From an uncultured Thermoplasmata archaeon (GTDB lineage Archaea > Thermoplasmatota > Thermoplasmata > UBA10834), in the NCBI GenBank assembly GCA_963719945.1, contig CAVRDX010000004.1, forward strand, positions 32,001-96,000: DNA of 64,000 bases. The letters are read 5' to 3'. Positions 48,539-58,226 of the stretch are shown in pieces. Under the pieces are notes generated by a model. It saw nothing but the letters and a program-made list of their open reading frames with translations, was not told where the DNA came from and searched no databases. Within the stretch, counting starts at the first letter, position 1. Each line of letters begins with the position of its first letter. Made by a program: the position numbers and the translations under genes.

Positions 48539-49069
48539 TCATCTACCCATAAGCGATCCGATGACGACTCCGAGTGCGGTGCATGTCTCCAGAGACAGAC
48601 CCCGGCCTGTGATGTCCAAGTGCATGCGAGCCATGTTGAATACGTCTTTTGGCAACCCGTGAGGGCCCAGGCCGAATACAAGCAACGCTGATTTCCCAGA
48701 AGCGACCATCGACCTAACCTGAGCAGTCGTCACTGCATTTCCGGGCTTCGGCTTCCTTGTGGTCACGATCACTTCACCCATCTGTGGAGGAAAACCCTTC
48801 TTTGGGAAATCGAAGGATGAGAATCTGCCCTTCTCCGAGAGTTCCATCAGATATCCCCCGCCCTCCCCGATGGTAGTCGTGGTCGAGACCCATTTAGCTA
48901 TCTCGACCGGGGTTGACAGCTCCTTGTCATAAGGGAATCCGAATGTCGCGAGATTGCAGTCGAATGCAAGTGCCAGCGGTCCGGCCCTTGCCAAGACTCG
49001 CCTGTGCGCTTCATGGAACTTCACGGGATCGTATGAATTGAATAGGCCGATCGTGACTCGTCCAGGCAT
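48539..49069 (-). CDS. DUF531-like putative SPOUT methyltransferase
   Basis: NSYD....EAHRR.LARA, TTIGEGG.YL, GLGPHGLP, SLETCTA. Confidence 0.8.
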   Translation of the reverse strand: MPGRVTIGLFNSYDPVKFHEAHRRVLARAGPLALAFDCNLATFGFPYDKELSTPVEIAKWVSTTTTIGEGGGYLMELSEKGRFSSFDFPKKGFPPQMGEVIVTTRKPKPGNAVTTAQVRSMVASGKSALLVFGLGPHGLPKDVFNMARMHLDITGRGLSLETCTALGVVIGSLMGR

Positions 49070-49127
49070 TTGTCACACCTCCTCTTGCAGAAGCGGGGAG
49101 TGATATCGACGGCCGCCCGGACTACGG

Positions 49128-49295
49128 TTACTGGGACGCGTCCCTCGGTCTGCTGCAAATCGCATATTCGTCCCCATCGAAGAAAACATCCAGATCAGGA
49201 TTTTGGTCCTGCAGCTCCTTGATCTTCTCGAGCACCTCACGCAGGCTGAGCTCTGTGCCGTCTTTCTTTATCTTTATCAGAACCCTTTTCTGCAT
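49128..49295 (-). CDS. Small hypothetical protein, 55 aa
   Basis: MQKRVLIKI...EVLEKIKELQDQNPDLDVFFDGDEYAIC looks like a folded domain. TATA-like TTTATAT lies upstream. The track's longer version overlaps hdrA. Confidence 0.7.
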   Translation of the reverse strand: MQKRVLIKIKKDGTELSLREVLEKIKELQDQNPDLDVFFDGDEYAICSRPRDASQ

Positions 49296-49449
49296 AGTAC
49301 ACCTCTGCACCCTGCCAGGCGAGGAGTATAGATTCCTATGGGAAATCTCGATATAAATAGGTTTACTCAGGTAGATGTCACGCATGCGCAGGCCCACGTC
49401 TATGCACACTCGCCATTGTCGTGCGCATGCACATGTGTACGCATGAGGG

Positions 49450-51861
49450 CTATTCGGGGGCATGTTTGAACACGGGAACATATTGCTCTTTCGCCGCTTC
49501 AAAAGCCTTCTTCCGCGCGTCTTCGGGAAGTCGACCCAACTGCCTGATCTTCTTGTCAAAGGTGTCCACGAACTTCGGAAGGACCTTGTAGATCGGAAGC
49601 AGCATCGGGACGAATGTGAGGCGATCCTTGCCTATCCCCAGCTGATCCAATTCCGGGATGAGCGCTTTCAAGCGACGCTCCACAATCTCCGCCATCTCGC
49701 CCCCTTCCTCATCGGACAGCATGATACCGTCCGCCCCGTTTGCGAATGCCGACAGTATCTCCTTCCGCGCAACTCTGGCTGCAGAAGGCACCCTCATGAT
49801 CCTCATGGCGGTTGGATATTCCATGCGTGCAGTACCGGCTGTGTCTGCGGCGACATATGCCAGGACGTCGCCGAAGAAACCGATTATTCTCACATCGTCC
49901 GATGGTTCTGCCAAAAGCCCGCGGACTTCGGCATCCACCTGCGCGTCCGTGTAATGAGCGAGATCGAACACATGCGTAGGGCACTCGGATACACAGGCGC
50001 CACAACCGATGCATGCGATCTGATCTATCTGCGGCATGTCACCGACAGTTATCGCATGGACAGGACAGATTGTCTCGCATGCCCCACACTGAATGCACCT
50101 GCTCGCATCCACGATCTGAGCTTTGACCGGGTCGAGCAGCATCTTCCCGGTCCCGAGGAATTCGATCACATGGGCGGCGGCGCTCCTTCCATCCACGACA
50201 CTGTCTCGAACGTCCTTCGGCCCCAGAATCGTTCCAGCAGCGAAAATGCCTGACCTGTGCGATGATACAGGGTCGAGCTTTGGATGTTTCTCAGATACAA
50301 AACCGTCTTCCCCGAGAGGCACTTTGAGCGTGCGGGCGAGTGTATCTGTCCCTTCCGAGGGCATCATCGAGGTGCATAGGACGACCATGTCGAATTCGTT
50401 CTCTATGATCTCCCCGAGGGTGACATCCTCCGCTCTGACCATGATGCCGTTCTTGCCCTTCTGGATGTCGGATACACGACCGTGTACGTACTTGACATTG
50501 AATTCCTCCTGTGAGCGGACATAGAACTCCTCGAACCCGCGGCCAGCCGATCGGATGTCTATGTAATAGATGTAGACCTGCATGTATGGGAAGGTCTTCC
50601 TGAGGATCACAGCCTGCTTGATCGCATAGTTGCAGCATATCTTGCTGCAATATGGCATTCCGACCTTGCGCGTACGTGAGCCTGCACACAACACCAAGGC
50701 GACTTTCTTCACCCTGTTGCCGTCAGTCTTGCGTTTCAGGACCATCCCTGCTCCGCATTCGTTGATCATCAACCGCTCCATCTGGGTCGCGGTGATGACA
50801 TCGGGGATCGACGTGTCGTATTCTCCGAGCTTCCTGACATCGAAAAGGTCGAAGCCCGTCGCGATCACGATAGCACCTACCTGGAGGTCCTCGAACCGCT
50901 CCTTCTCATCCATATCTATCGCATGAGCGGAGCAGACCTTCTCGCATGCTCCGCACTCCTTGCAGCTGTCAAAATCGACCACGTAAGCAGCAGGCACCGC
51001 CTGAGGGAACGGTTTGTAGATCGCTTTGCGCTCATACAGCCCTTCCTCGAATTCGTTGGGGACCTTTGCCGGGCACACCTTCTCGCACTTCGCACACCCT
51101 ATGCATTTCTTGGGGTCTACTCCCCTTGGCGCCACCTTCACGCGCACGGAGTAGTTGCCTGGAGAGCCGGATACGGATATGACTTCTGATCTTGTGTACA
51201 GCGCGATATTCGGATTCGATGCAATGTCGACCATCCTCGGGCTGAGGATGCACGGGGCACAGTCGAGGGTAGGGAACGTCTTGCTGAGCTGGGCCATCCT
51301 CCCGCCGATGCTCGGGTTCCGTTCGATCAGATGGACTTGATATCCGGAGTTCGCCAGCTGGAGGGCGGATGATATCCCTGCGATCCCGCCGCCAATGACC
51401 AGCACCCCCTTTGAAAGTTCTATCTCTCTCGGATCGAGATTTTCGAGCTGGGCCGCGCGATACACACCTCCGCGCACAAGGTCCTTGGCCTTCTTTGTCG
51501 CCTCAGTCTTGTCCTTGTGCACCCATGAGCATTGTTCTCTCAGGTTGACCACTTCGAGGACGTACGGGTTCAGACCTGCGTCCTGGAGAGTCTTCCTGAA
51601 TGTCTTCTCATGCATCTTCGGAGAGCAGGATGCAACGACAACCTTCGTGAGATCGTGTTTCTTGATGTCTTCGGCAATCTGGTTCTGGCCTGGCTCAGAG
51701 CAGGTATAGATATTATCCCTGCTAACCACCACTTCGTCCAGGGTCCCAGCATAGTCCGTCACGGCCTTGCAGTCCACGATGCCACCTATATTCGTGCCGC
51801 AGTGACACACATAGACTCCTATCCGTTCCTTCTTGTCCTTCTTCCCCTTGTCTCCGGTCAT
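49450..51861 (-). CDS. hdrA: Heterodisulfide reductase subunit A fused to a degenerate MvhD domain
   Basis: VCHCGTNI, SCSP..H, REQCSWVH, GGGIAG, KTFPTLDC, ferredoxin inserts, CAGSR, YCSKICC. C-terminal AADTAGTARMEYP (MvhD-like). Confidence 0.93.
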   Translation of the reverse strand: MTGDKGKKDKKERIGVYVCHCGTNIGGIVDCKAVTDYAGTLDEVVVSRDNIYTCSEPGQNQIAEDIKKHDLTKVVVASCSPKMHEKTFRKTLQDAGLNPYVLEVVNLREQCSWVHKDKTEATKKAKDLVRGGVYRAAQLENLDPREIELSKGVLVIGGGIAGISSALQLANSGYQVHLIERNPSIGGRMAQLSKTFPTLDCAPCILSPRMVDIASNPNIALYTRSEVISVSGSPGNYSVRVKVAPRGVDPKKCIGCAKCEKVCPAKVPNEFEEGLYERKAIYKPFPQAVPAAYVVDFDSCKECGACEKVCSAHAIDMDEKERFEDLQVGAIVIATGFDLFDVRKLGEYDTSIPDVITATQMERLMINECGAGMVLKRKTDGNRVKKVALVLCAGSRTRKVGMPYCSKICCNYAIKQAVILRKTFPYMQVYIYYIDIRSAGRGFEEFYVRSQEEFNVKYVHGRVSDIQKGKNGIMVRAEDVTLGEIIENEFDMVVLCTSMMPSEGTDTLARTLKVPLGEDGFVSEKHPKLDPVSSHRSGIFAAGTILGPKDVRDSVVDGRSAAAHVIEFLGTGKMLLDPVKAQIVDASRCIQCGACETICPVHAITVGDMPQIDQIACIGCGACVSECPTHVFDLAHYTDAQVDAEVRGLLAEPSDDVRIIGFFGDVLAYVAADTAGTARMEYPTAMRIMRVPSAARVARKEILSAFANGADGIMLSDEEGGEMAEIVERRLKALIPELDQLGIGKDRLTFVPMLLPIYKVLPKFVDTFDKKIRQLGRLPEDARKKAFEAAKEQYVPVFKHAPE

Positions 51862-52179
51862 TTTGCACCTAAGAATCAATGCGTGGGTTATTGGCCTTTT
51901 GGTTGATTCTATAGAAGGGTGCCCGGTGGGAACCGACCATGCCGCCGCGATGCGATGAATCCGATCAGAAGGAGTCGATGGATGAATTCACAATAACTGG
52001 CCCCGAAACATTGACCGAGTAAGTATATATATGGCGACCAGGTTATTTAGCACATTCATAGTTCCGAATGCACTCCATGATGCACATTATGGGGAAACGT
52101 GCTATATTGGGATTAATGATACCCCCACTAGAATTGATTTCAAGAGCCCAATCCACTCGAAGCTCAGAGGAGAACGAGA

Positions 52180-54561
52180 ATGCAGAAAAAGGATGATACG
52201 GAAAAGAAACTCGTCTCATGCCCGAATTGTGGGCAGAAGACTTCCGTTTCCGAGGGCGGCTGCGAGCATTGTGCCGCCCCATTACCAGAGGATTCTCATT
52301 CGAGCGAGGGAGGCATCGATGAACTTAGGGCAGTTCCTGGAGTCGGCGAAGCAAAGGCCCATGTCCTTCTAAAAGCCGGTTACAAGAACGTCAAGGACCT
52401 GCAGAATGCAGACCAGAGCGAATTGGCCGGTGTCAGAGGAATCGGGGACAAATTGGCCGCGAAGATAATCAAAGGTGCTCAATCACTGGCGGGCCCTGAG
52501 GACAAAGAACTAGCCCATTGGCTGGCCGGAGAGGACGAAGGCCTATCCGCATGGATCTCGGGCGAGGAACATGAGGGGAAGGATGCAATGGTAGCGACCG
52601 AACCGGAAGCCTTCCAAGACGATTCGCTGGCGAAATGGCTCGCCGGTACTGAGGATAATCTCGATTCTTGGCTTGATGAGACCAAGATGAAGAGCGTCCC
52701 GGAACCGAAGAAGACCGTGTCCGAAGAGGTGATCGAGCACGGAGAGGAGATCACACAGCTCCGTGAAACATTGAGCCAGAAACTGAAACAGTTCGAGACC
52801 GACGGATTCAACCCGCAGGCAATCCTGGATGAATTAATCCGTACGAAGAGCGAAGTCGAGGCCGCGCGCGTCCACAGAAAGCATCTGGAAGAGGAGCTGG
52901 AGAACGTCAAACGCGGAAGCATCGCTGTCATCAAGTTCATCAAGAAACAACAGGGGTCGCCCGTGGATGCGGAGAACCTCGCAGACAAGCTCGCGTCCGA
53001 GATGGCCCAGAGGGAGGACCTCGAGCTGAAGGCCATGGAACTCGAGAAACAACTCACTGATCTCAGAGAAAAGACAGAGAAGGGTATCGCCGAGATGCCC
53101 GTGGATGCACAGTCTCTCAAGCGCCAGGAGATCGAGCTGTCGCAGAGGATGGCGCAGATCGAAGCCTATGAACTACAGCTCAAGGCCAAGGAGAACACGC
53201 TCCAGGAAGGCATAATATCCTATGGCAAAGGACCCTCGGACAGCGAGGAGCGCATCAGGGAATTGGAGGAGTATTCCGCCAAGGAGCGCGCACTCAACGA
53301 GCAGATACACGAATTGGAGGCGAAGCTCTCTCGGACAGAATTCGATATGAAGCATCTGGAAGAGAAGGCGAAGATATCAGAGAAGAAGGGATCCGCAATG
53401 GATCCAGAGCTGCTGAAGAGGTTGGAGCAGGCCCAGAGCCTCGAACGATCGTTCGCTCTGAGGGAACAAGAGCTGGAGAAGCTGAAGGAAGAGTTGAGGA
53501 TACGAGACGACGAGATGAAGAAACTCAAGGAACCTTTGGCCTACAAGGAGCAGGAGATGATCCGCCGAGAGGAGGACCTGATGTTCAGGGAGAGACTCCT
53601 CGAGGAGGAACTGAAGAGGGTCTCCCAGCAGAAGGCCGAACTCACGAACACTGACGAATTGACCATGAAGCAGCGCCTCGAAGAGTTGCAGGGGCAGATC
53701 ACCCAGAAGGAAGAGGAGATAAGGAACAAGGAGAAGTACTTCTCAGCGAAGGAGGACGAACTCCGTGCGAGGGAGCAGGGACTCATAACGGACGAGATCG
53801 AGAAGAGGGAGCAGGACAGGCTCATCGAACTCAAGCAGGAGAAGGTCAAGACGGGGACCTCCAGACTCGATGATTTGCTCCTTGGCGGTGCGCCGTTCGG
53901 GTCGAACATGCTGATCTATGGTCCGCCATTCACCGGCAAGGAAGTTCTCATGAATTCATTCATCGCGGAGGGGCTGAAGAAAGGCATCCCTGCGATATGG
54001 GTCATCACCGAGAAATCGCCCAAGGAGATCAGGAACGAGATGATGTTCGTGCTCTCAGGATACGAGGAATATGAGAGCAGAGGGCTCGTGAGATACGTGG
54101 ATACTTATTCCCGGAGCATGGGCGATGAGACCGAGGACCCATACACGGAATATGTCGAGGCACCCACGGATTATGAATCGATCCAGAAGGCGTTGGAGAC
54201 GGCGGCTAAGGCGTTCAAGAAGGATCATGAATACTACAGGATGGCTTTCAGATCGATCTCCACCCTCATAGCGTATCTGGACCCGAACACAGCATTCAGA
54301 TTCCTCAGTCCGGTCGCCGGCAGAAGGAAGAGGGACAAAGCGGTCTCGATGTACACTATAGAGAAGGGCGTCCACGGAGACCAGGAGATCCAGATGCTCG
54401 GATCGCTCATGGACGGCATGATCGAATTCAAACTCGAGAACCTTAACACTTTCCTATCGGTGAAGGGTATCTGCGAGGTTCAGTCTAGGGCTTTCATAAG
54501 ATACTCGTTCACCAAGTCCGGACTGAACATCGGATCGTTCTCACTGGACCACATAAGATGA
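52180..54561 (+). CDS. Zn-ribbon / HhH / coiled-coil / RAD55-KaiC-like ATPase-domain protein
   Basis: CPNC..CEHC; VPGVGEAKA and VRGIGDKLA HhH pair; long E/K-rich coiled coil; VKTG..RLDDLLLGG...YGPPFTGKE. Confidence 0.88.
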   Translation: MQKKDDTEKKLVSCPNCGQKTSVSEGGCEHCAAPLPEDSHSSEGGIDELRAVPGVGEAKAHVLLKAGYKNVKDLQNADQSELAGVRGIGDKLAAKIIKGAQSLAGPEDKELAHWLAGEDEGLSAWISGEEHEGKDAMVATEPEAFQDDSLAKWLAGTEDNLDSWLDETKMKSVPEPKKTVSEEVIEHGEEITQLRETLSQKLKQFETDGFNPQAILDELIRTKSEVEAARVHRKHLEEELENVKRGSIAVIKFIKKQQGSPVDAENLADKLASEMAQREDLELKAMELEKQLTDLREKTEKGIAEMPVDAQSLKRQEIELSQRMAQIEAYELQLKAKENTLQEGIISYGKGPSDSEERIRELEEYSAKERALNEQIHELEAKLSRTEFDMKHLEEKAKISEKKGSAMDPELLKRLEQAQSLERSFALREQELEKLKEELRIRDDEMKKLKEPLAYKEQEMIRREEDLMFRERLLEEELKRVSQQKAELTNTDELTMKQRLEELQGQITQKEEEIRNKEKYFSAKEDELRAREQGLITDEIEKREQDRLIELKQEKVKTGTSRLDDLLLGGAPFGSNMLIYGPPFTGKEVLMNSFIAEGLKKGIPAIWVITEKSPKEIRNEMMFVLSGYEEYESRGLVRYVDTYSRSMGDETEDPYTEYVEAPTDYESIQKALETAAKAFKKDHEYYRMAFRSISTLIAYLDPNTAFRFLSPVAGRRKRDKAVSMYTIEKGVHGDQEIQMLGSLMDGMIEFKLENLNTFLSVKGICEVQSRAFIRYSFTKSGLNIGSFSLDHIR

Positions 54562-54575
54562 TGGAATCTGGTCTA

Positions 54576-55013
54576 TCAGGCCACTTCCATGGAAGACTTA
54601 TGATCCTTTGCGCCCGGCATCCTGGCATCCCGTTTCATTGCGACCTGCGGTGGCGGCAACGGTGGTGGCAAGCCTATATCCCTCGCTACGGTGACGGATG
54701 CGGGCATGCAGTTCGCGAAGATCGCGTTCAGGATAGGGTTGAATACAGTCTGAGGGAGCTCCTTCTTGTTGGCCCATTGAGATGCGATGGTCTGCGCTTC
54801 CCCATCCCACACAACTTTGCCTTCGATCTTGATTATCCCTACACCGACGTAACTGACCGTGAAAGTGAATTCCACCATGGCGTCTTTCTCAGACATCGCC
54901 GATATGCTCGTCACAGAAGTATTGTGATCGACCCTGAGCTGAGGAACCCGTTCCCCCAATTTCGTGAATCTCTTCGCGTCGAGCGACACTAGTTCGAATG
55001 ATTTGATTGGCAT
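54576..55013 (-). CDS. Conserved archaeal hypothetical protein, SecB-like topology suspected
   Basis: RBS GGAGGAG. Four beta strands, two helices, then GLPPPLPPP. Confidence 0.75.
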   Translation of the reverse strand: MPIKSFELVSLDAKRFTKLGERVPQLRVDHNTSVTSISAMSEKDAMVEFTFTVSYVGVGIIKIEGKVVWDGEAQTIASQWANKKELPQTVFNPILNAIFANCMPASVTVARDIGLPPPLPPPQVAMKRDARMPGAKDHKSSMEVA

Positions 55014-55083
55014 TCTGGTTCTCCTCCGTCCCTCAACTCATAGAACATATCAGGACATGAATCTATTCCAATAAAGGGTCACA

Positions 55084-55106
55084 GATCGAGGTACAGCACC
55101 TCGATC
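55084..55106 (-). terminator. Hairpin downstream of tRNA-Phe
   Basis: GATCGAGGT-ACAGC-ACCTCGATC, a perfect 9-bp stem about 16 nt past the CCA. Confidence 0.4.
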
Positions 55107-55122
55107 ATCTTGGATATGGGAA

Positions 55123-55198
55123 TGGTGCCGTGGGCCGGACTCGAACCAGCGACTTCAAGATCTTCAGTCTTGCACTCTCCCAACTGAGTTACCACGGC
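55123..55198 (-). tRNA. tRNA-Phe(GAA), CCA encoded
   Basis: Reverse complement reads GCCGTGG...CAAGA-CTGAAGA-TCTTG...GGTTCGAGTCC...CCACGGC-ACCA. Confidence 0.97.
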
Positions 55199-55462
55199 TC
55201 AATGCTGGGAAAGGCAGTTAGGCGGAACTCGGTATTAAATCTTCGGTGATTCGCATCATGCGGAGCGCAAGAACGGATATCGACGGCTTCAATGAGGTTT
55301 TCGGGCGAGATTAATCAACGTCGACGGCTAGTGCGACCGACCGTATCCGCCCAACCTGGAGTGGAAAAATAAGGTGTATTCCAGACGATACCAGAAACGA
55401 AGGCTTTAAATATGTTCCAGACGCTGATTAGGTTGCTTCAGAAACCCCCTTTCGGTGGTAGG

Positions 55463-56455
55463 ATGGACTTGTCAGAAATTCAAGCTAGCTATTCTGGAAA
55501 CTCCGTTATTGACCGTATAAGGCGATCGCCGAGATGGAACAATGATGAGGGGGTTGCTTCGACAATCGGCACAATCATGTCGCTGCTTGTCTTCCTTACG
55601 TTCATGGGCATGTTTACCAACCAGTTCGTCCCTGTCTGGATGAGCGATAACGAAAGTACGCACATGGCAACTGTCATCCAGCAGATGATCACGCTCAAGT
55701 CCCAGATCGACGGGTTGGTCGCAGACTATTCGAACAGCCTTCTGGCCCCGACACCCATTTTCGTCCCGATAACTCTGCATGCTTCAGGCATACCGATATT
55801 CGCCGAACCTACTGCAGGAATATTACGATTCAGTCCTCAATCCACCAACGGTTACCCGTCGTTCAACGCGACATTCGCGGGAGATGAACAGACATTGAGC
55901 ACGGCTGATGACGGACACACTGGCGGATACGTCGACCTATATGCACCGAACAGGTACTTCATCGAGCAGCACCTGACCTATGATTGTGGTGCCCTGATAC
56001 TCAGCCAGCCGGATGGAGAATACATCATCGCGGGGCTTCAGTTCTCGGTCACGAATATCGTTACAGGCGCCGATACCAGCAGAGTTGTCAAATTGTCACA
56101 GGTCTCGATGCTGGGCCTGAACAAGACCATAGGCGGGACTGGCACGAAGGGGATATACGCGGATCTTCTCTATGCGAACACCAATGTATATGAAAGCACA
56201 GTAGGAGCTGACCTCACCCTCACTATAGTGAGCAAGCACGGAAACGCTTGGCTGACCTATTTCAACAAGGCGCTCAACAACTCGATGGCTGGCCTAACAT
56301 ACGGTGCAGACTTCGAAATGGGGCCTCTGACCCTGCATGACCAGATGGGTACTCAGTTCGATTACTACACATTGACAGTCACGATAAAGGATGTGAACGT
56401 CTTGGACCACACGCGCGCGACGGTCCAAGTGACACTGGGCGAGGTGGCCCCTTAG
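55463..56455 (+). CDS. Large archaeal type IV pilin-like protein (class III signal peptide)
   Basis: RRSPRWNNDEG|VASTIGTIMSLLVFLTFM...VPVW....E..H, then a beta-rich domain. First gene of the T4P operon. Confidence 0.8.
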   Translation: MDLSEIQASYSGNSVIDRIRRSPRWNNDEGVASTIGTIMSLLVFLTFMGMFTNQFVPVWMSDNESTHMATVIQQMITLKSQIDGLVADYSNSLLAPTPIFVPITLHASGIPIFAEPTAGILRFSPQSTNGYPSFNATFAGDEQTLSTADDGHTGGYVDLYAPNRYFIEQHLTYDCGALILSQPDGEYIIAGLQFSVTNIVTGADTSRVVKLSQVSMLGLNKTIGGTGTKGIYADLLYANTNVYESTVGADLTLTIVSKHGNAWLTYFNKALNNSMAGLTYGADFEMGPLTLHDQMGTQFDYYTLTVTIKDVNVLDHTRATVQVTLGEVAP

Positions 56456-56465
56456 AGGTGAGCTT

Positions 56466-58226
56466 TTGGCTGAAGCAGAGGCGAAGATTGAATATGACAT
56501 ACCCGTGAAAGCCCCCAAGCAGCCAATGGGTGCCCGCATCTGGCGCGGATACATCAACGCCGTAAGCAGACTCAAATCAGAGCCGATCAAAGTCAGATCT
56601 GCCAAGGGTGCTGCTGCTCGGAGGAAGCAGTGGAAGGACGGGAAGGGTTCACCATACACCGAGATCCCACCCATCACAGACCCAGATATCCAGGAGATGG
56701 CGTTCTATCCAGTGGTTGATCCGTTCAGCTATGTGAGAGTAACTTACAACGCAGTCACCAGTGATTACATATTGAGCGTGATCGAGCCAGTGCTCACCGA
56801 AGATGAAGAAGCGTTGATGAAGAAGATCAAGAACACCTTCGAGATGACCCTCGATTACGAGTGGGAGAAACTCGACCAGATGAACAAGAAGACCTATCTG
56901 CAGAGGAGTGTTGATAGCTACATCAGGTCGAGGGGGATCAGGCTCGAACCGATCTCGGAAGATAAGGTGAAGTACTTCATCACCAGGGATTTCGTCGGAT
57001 ATGGCCCCATAGATGCATTGATGAGCGACATCCATGTCGAGGACGTGTCTTGCGACGGCGTCGGCATCCCGCTGTTCCTCTTCCATAACAAATTCGAATC
57101 AATCAAAACCAATATCGTGTTCGAAGATGAGGACGACCTCAACTCATTCGTCATATCACTTGGCCAGAGATGTGGAAAGCAGCTCTCCGTCTCGAACCCA
57201 ATACTCGATGGTACGACACCGGAAGGGCACAGAGTCCAGGCAACTTATGCCAGAGAAGTGACCACGAGGGGTGCCTCATTCACAATCAGACGGTTCAAGG
57301 AGAAACCGTTCACGCCAGTCGAACTGATCAAGTACGGCACCGCGTCACCAGAGATAGTTGCGTATCTGTGGCTCAGTGTCGAACATGGAGAATCGGCCAT
57401 CATAGCCGGAGGCACAGCGAGTGGAAAGACGGCGACGCTCAACGCCATGTCGCTATTCATACCTCCTGGTGCCAAGGTCGTCACCATGGAGGATACTAGA
57501 GAGATCAACCTGCCTCATGAGAACTGGATACCTGGCACGACAAGATCTGGCTCCGGGGAGAGGGGACCTGACGGAAAGACCGCCGGGGAGATAGACATGT
57601 ACGACCTCGTCAGGGCGGCATTGAGACAGAGGCCGAACTACATCATCGTCGGAGAGGTGAGAGGAAAGGAAACCTACACCATGTTCCAGGCGATGGCGAC
57701 AGGTCACACGACCTTCTCGACCATGCACGCGGATTCCGTCAAAGGCATGGTCAACAGATTAGAGAACCCGCCGATCAACTGTCCCAGGATTCTGCTCACT
57801 GCCCTCAGGAATGTCATCATCCAGACACATGCAAGAGTCGGAATGGACATGGTCAGGAGAATCAAACAACTCATCGAGATCGTCGGTTTCGAACCAGAAA
57901 CGAACGAACTCATCAGCAACACGGTGTATGAGTGGGATCAGGCCACTGATAAGTTCATCTTCAAGGGTCACAGCTTCCTGTTCGACAAGATCATGGAGAT
58001 GAAGAACCTAACACATGAAGAGCTGCTGCAGGAATTCGAGCGGCGTGTTGATATCGTGAAATACATGGTGTCCAAGGACATGTCTAGCCATGTGGACATC
58101 TGGAACCTCATCAAATCATACTACAAGGATCCCAAGGCGGAGGCGGAAAGGGTTCGAAAGGACATGCGCCCAGCGGCCGCTCAGAGCGGTCTGAAGATGC
58201 CGACAGGAGGTGCTGAATCTGCCTGA
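56466..58226 (+). CDS. Type II/IV secretion (PilB/FlaI/VirB11-like) ATPase 1
   Basis: EDVSCDG, GGTASGKT, EDTRE, ALRQRP, VGEVRG, TGH, STMHA. Confidence 0.93.
   Translation: MAEAEAKIEYDIPVKAPKQPMGARIWRGYINAVSRLKSEPIKVRSAKGAAARRKQWKDGKGSPYTEIPPITDPDIQEMAFYPVVDPFSYVRVTYNAVTSDYILSVIEPVLTEDEEALMKKIKNTFEMTLDYEWEKLDQMNKKTYLQRSVDSYIRSRGIRLEPISEDKVKYFITRDFVGYGPIDALMSDIHVEDVSCDGVGIPLFLFHNKFESIKTNIVFEDEDDLNSFVISLGQRCGKQLSVSNPILDGTTPEGHRVQATYAREVTTRGASFTIRRFKEKPFTPVELIKYGTASPEIVAYLWLSVEHGESAIIAGGTASGKTATLNAMSLFIPPGAKVVTMEDTREINLPHENWIPGTTRSGSGERGPDGKTAGEIDMYDLVRAALRQRPNYIIVGEVRGKETYTMFQAMATGHTTFSTMHADSVKGMVNRLENPPINCPRILLTALRNVIIQTHARVGMDMVRRIKQLIEIVGFEPETNELISNTVYEWDQATDKFIFKGHSFLFDKIMEMKNLTHEELLQEFERRVDIVKYMVSKDMSSHVDIWNLIKSYYKDPKAEAERVRKDMRPAAAQSGLKMPTGGAESA

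Noticed and set aside
49383-49445. CATGCGCA/TGCGCATG inverted repeat after hdrA
   Set aside because: Single copy in low-complexity purine-pyrimidine alternation. At most a terminator-like structure; not a CRISPR or MITE.
52700-53830. SMC/Rad50 call for the coiled-coil protein
   Set aside because: There is no split ABC ATPase head or hinge; the terminal domain is RecA/KaiC-type.
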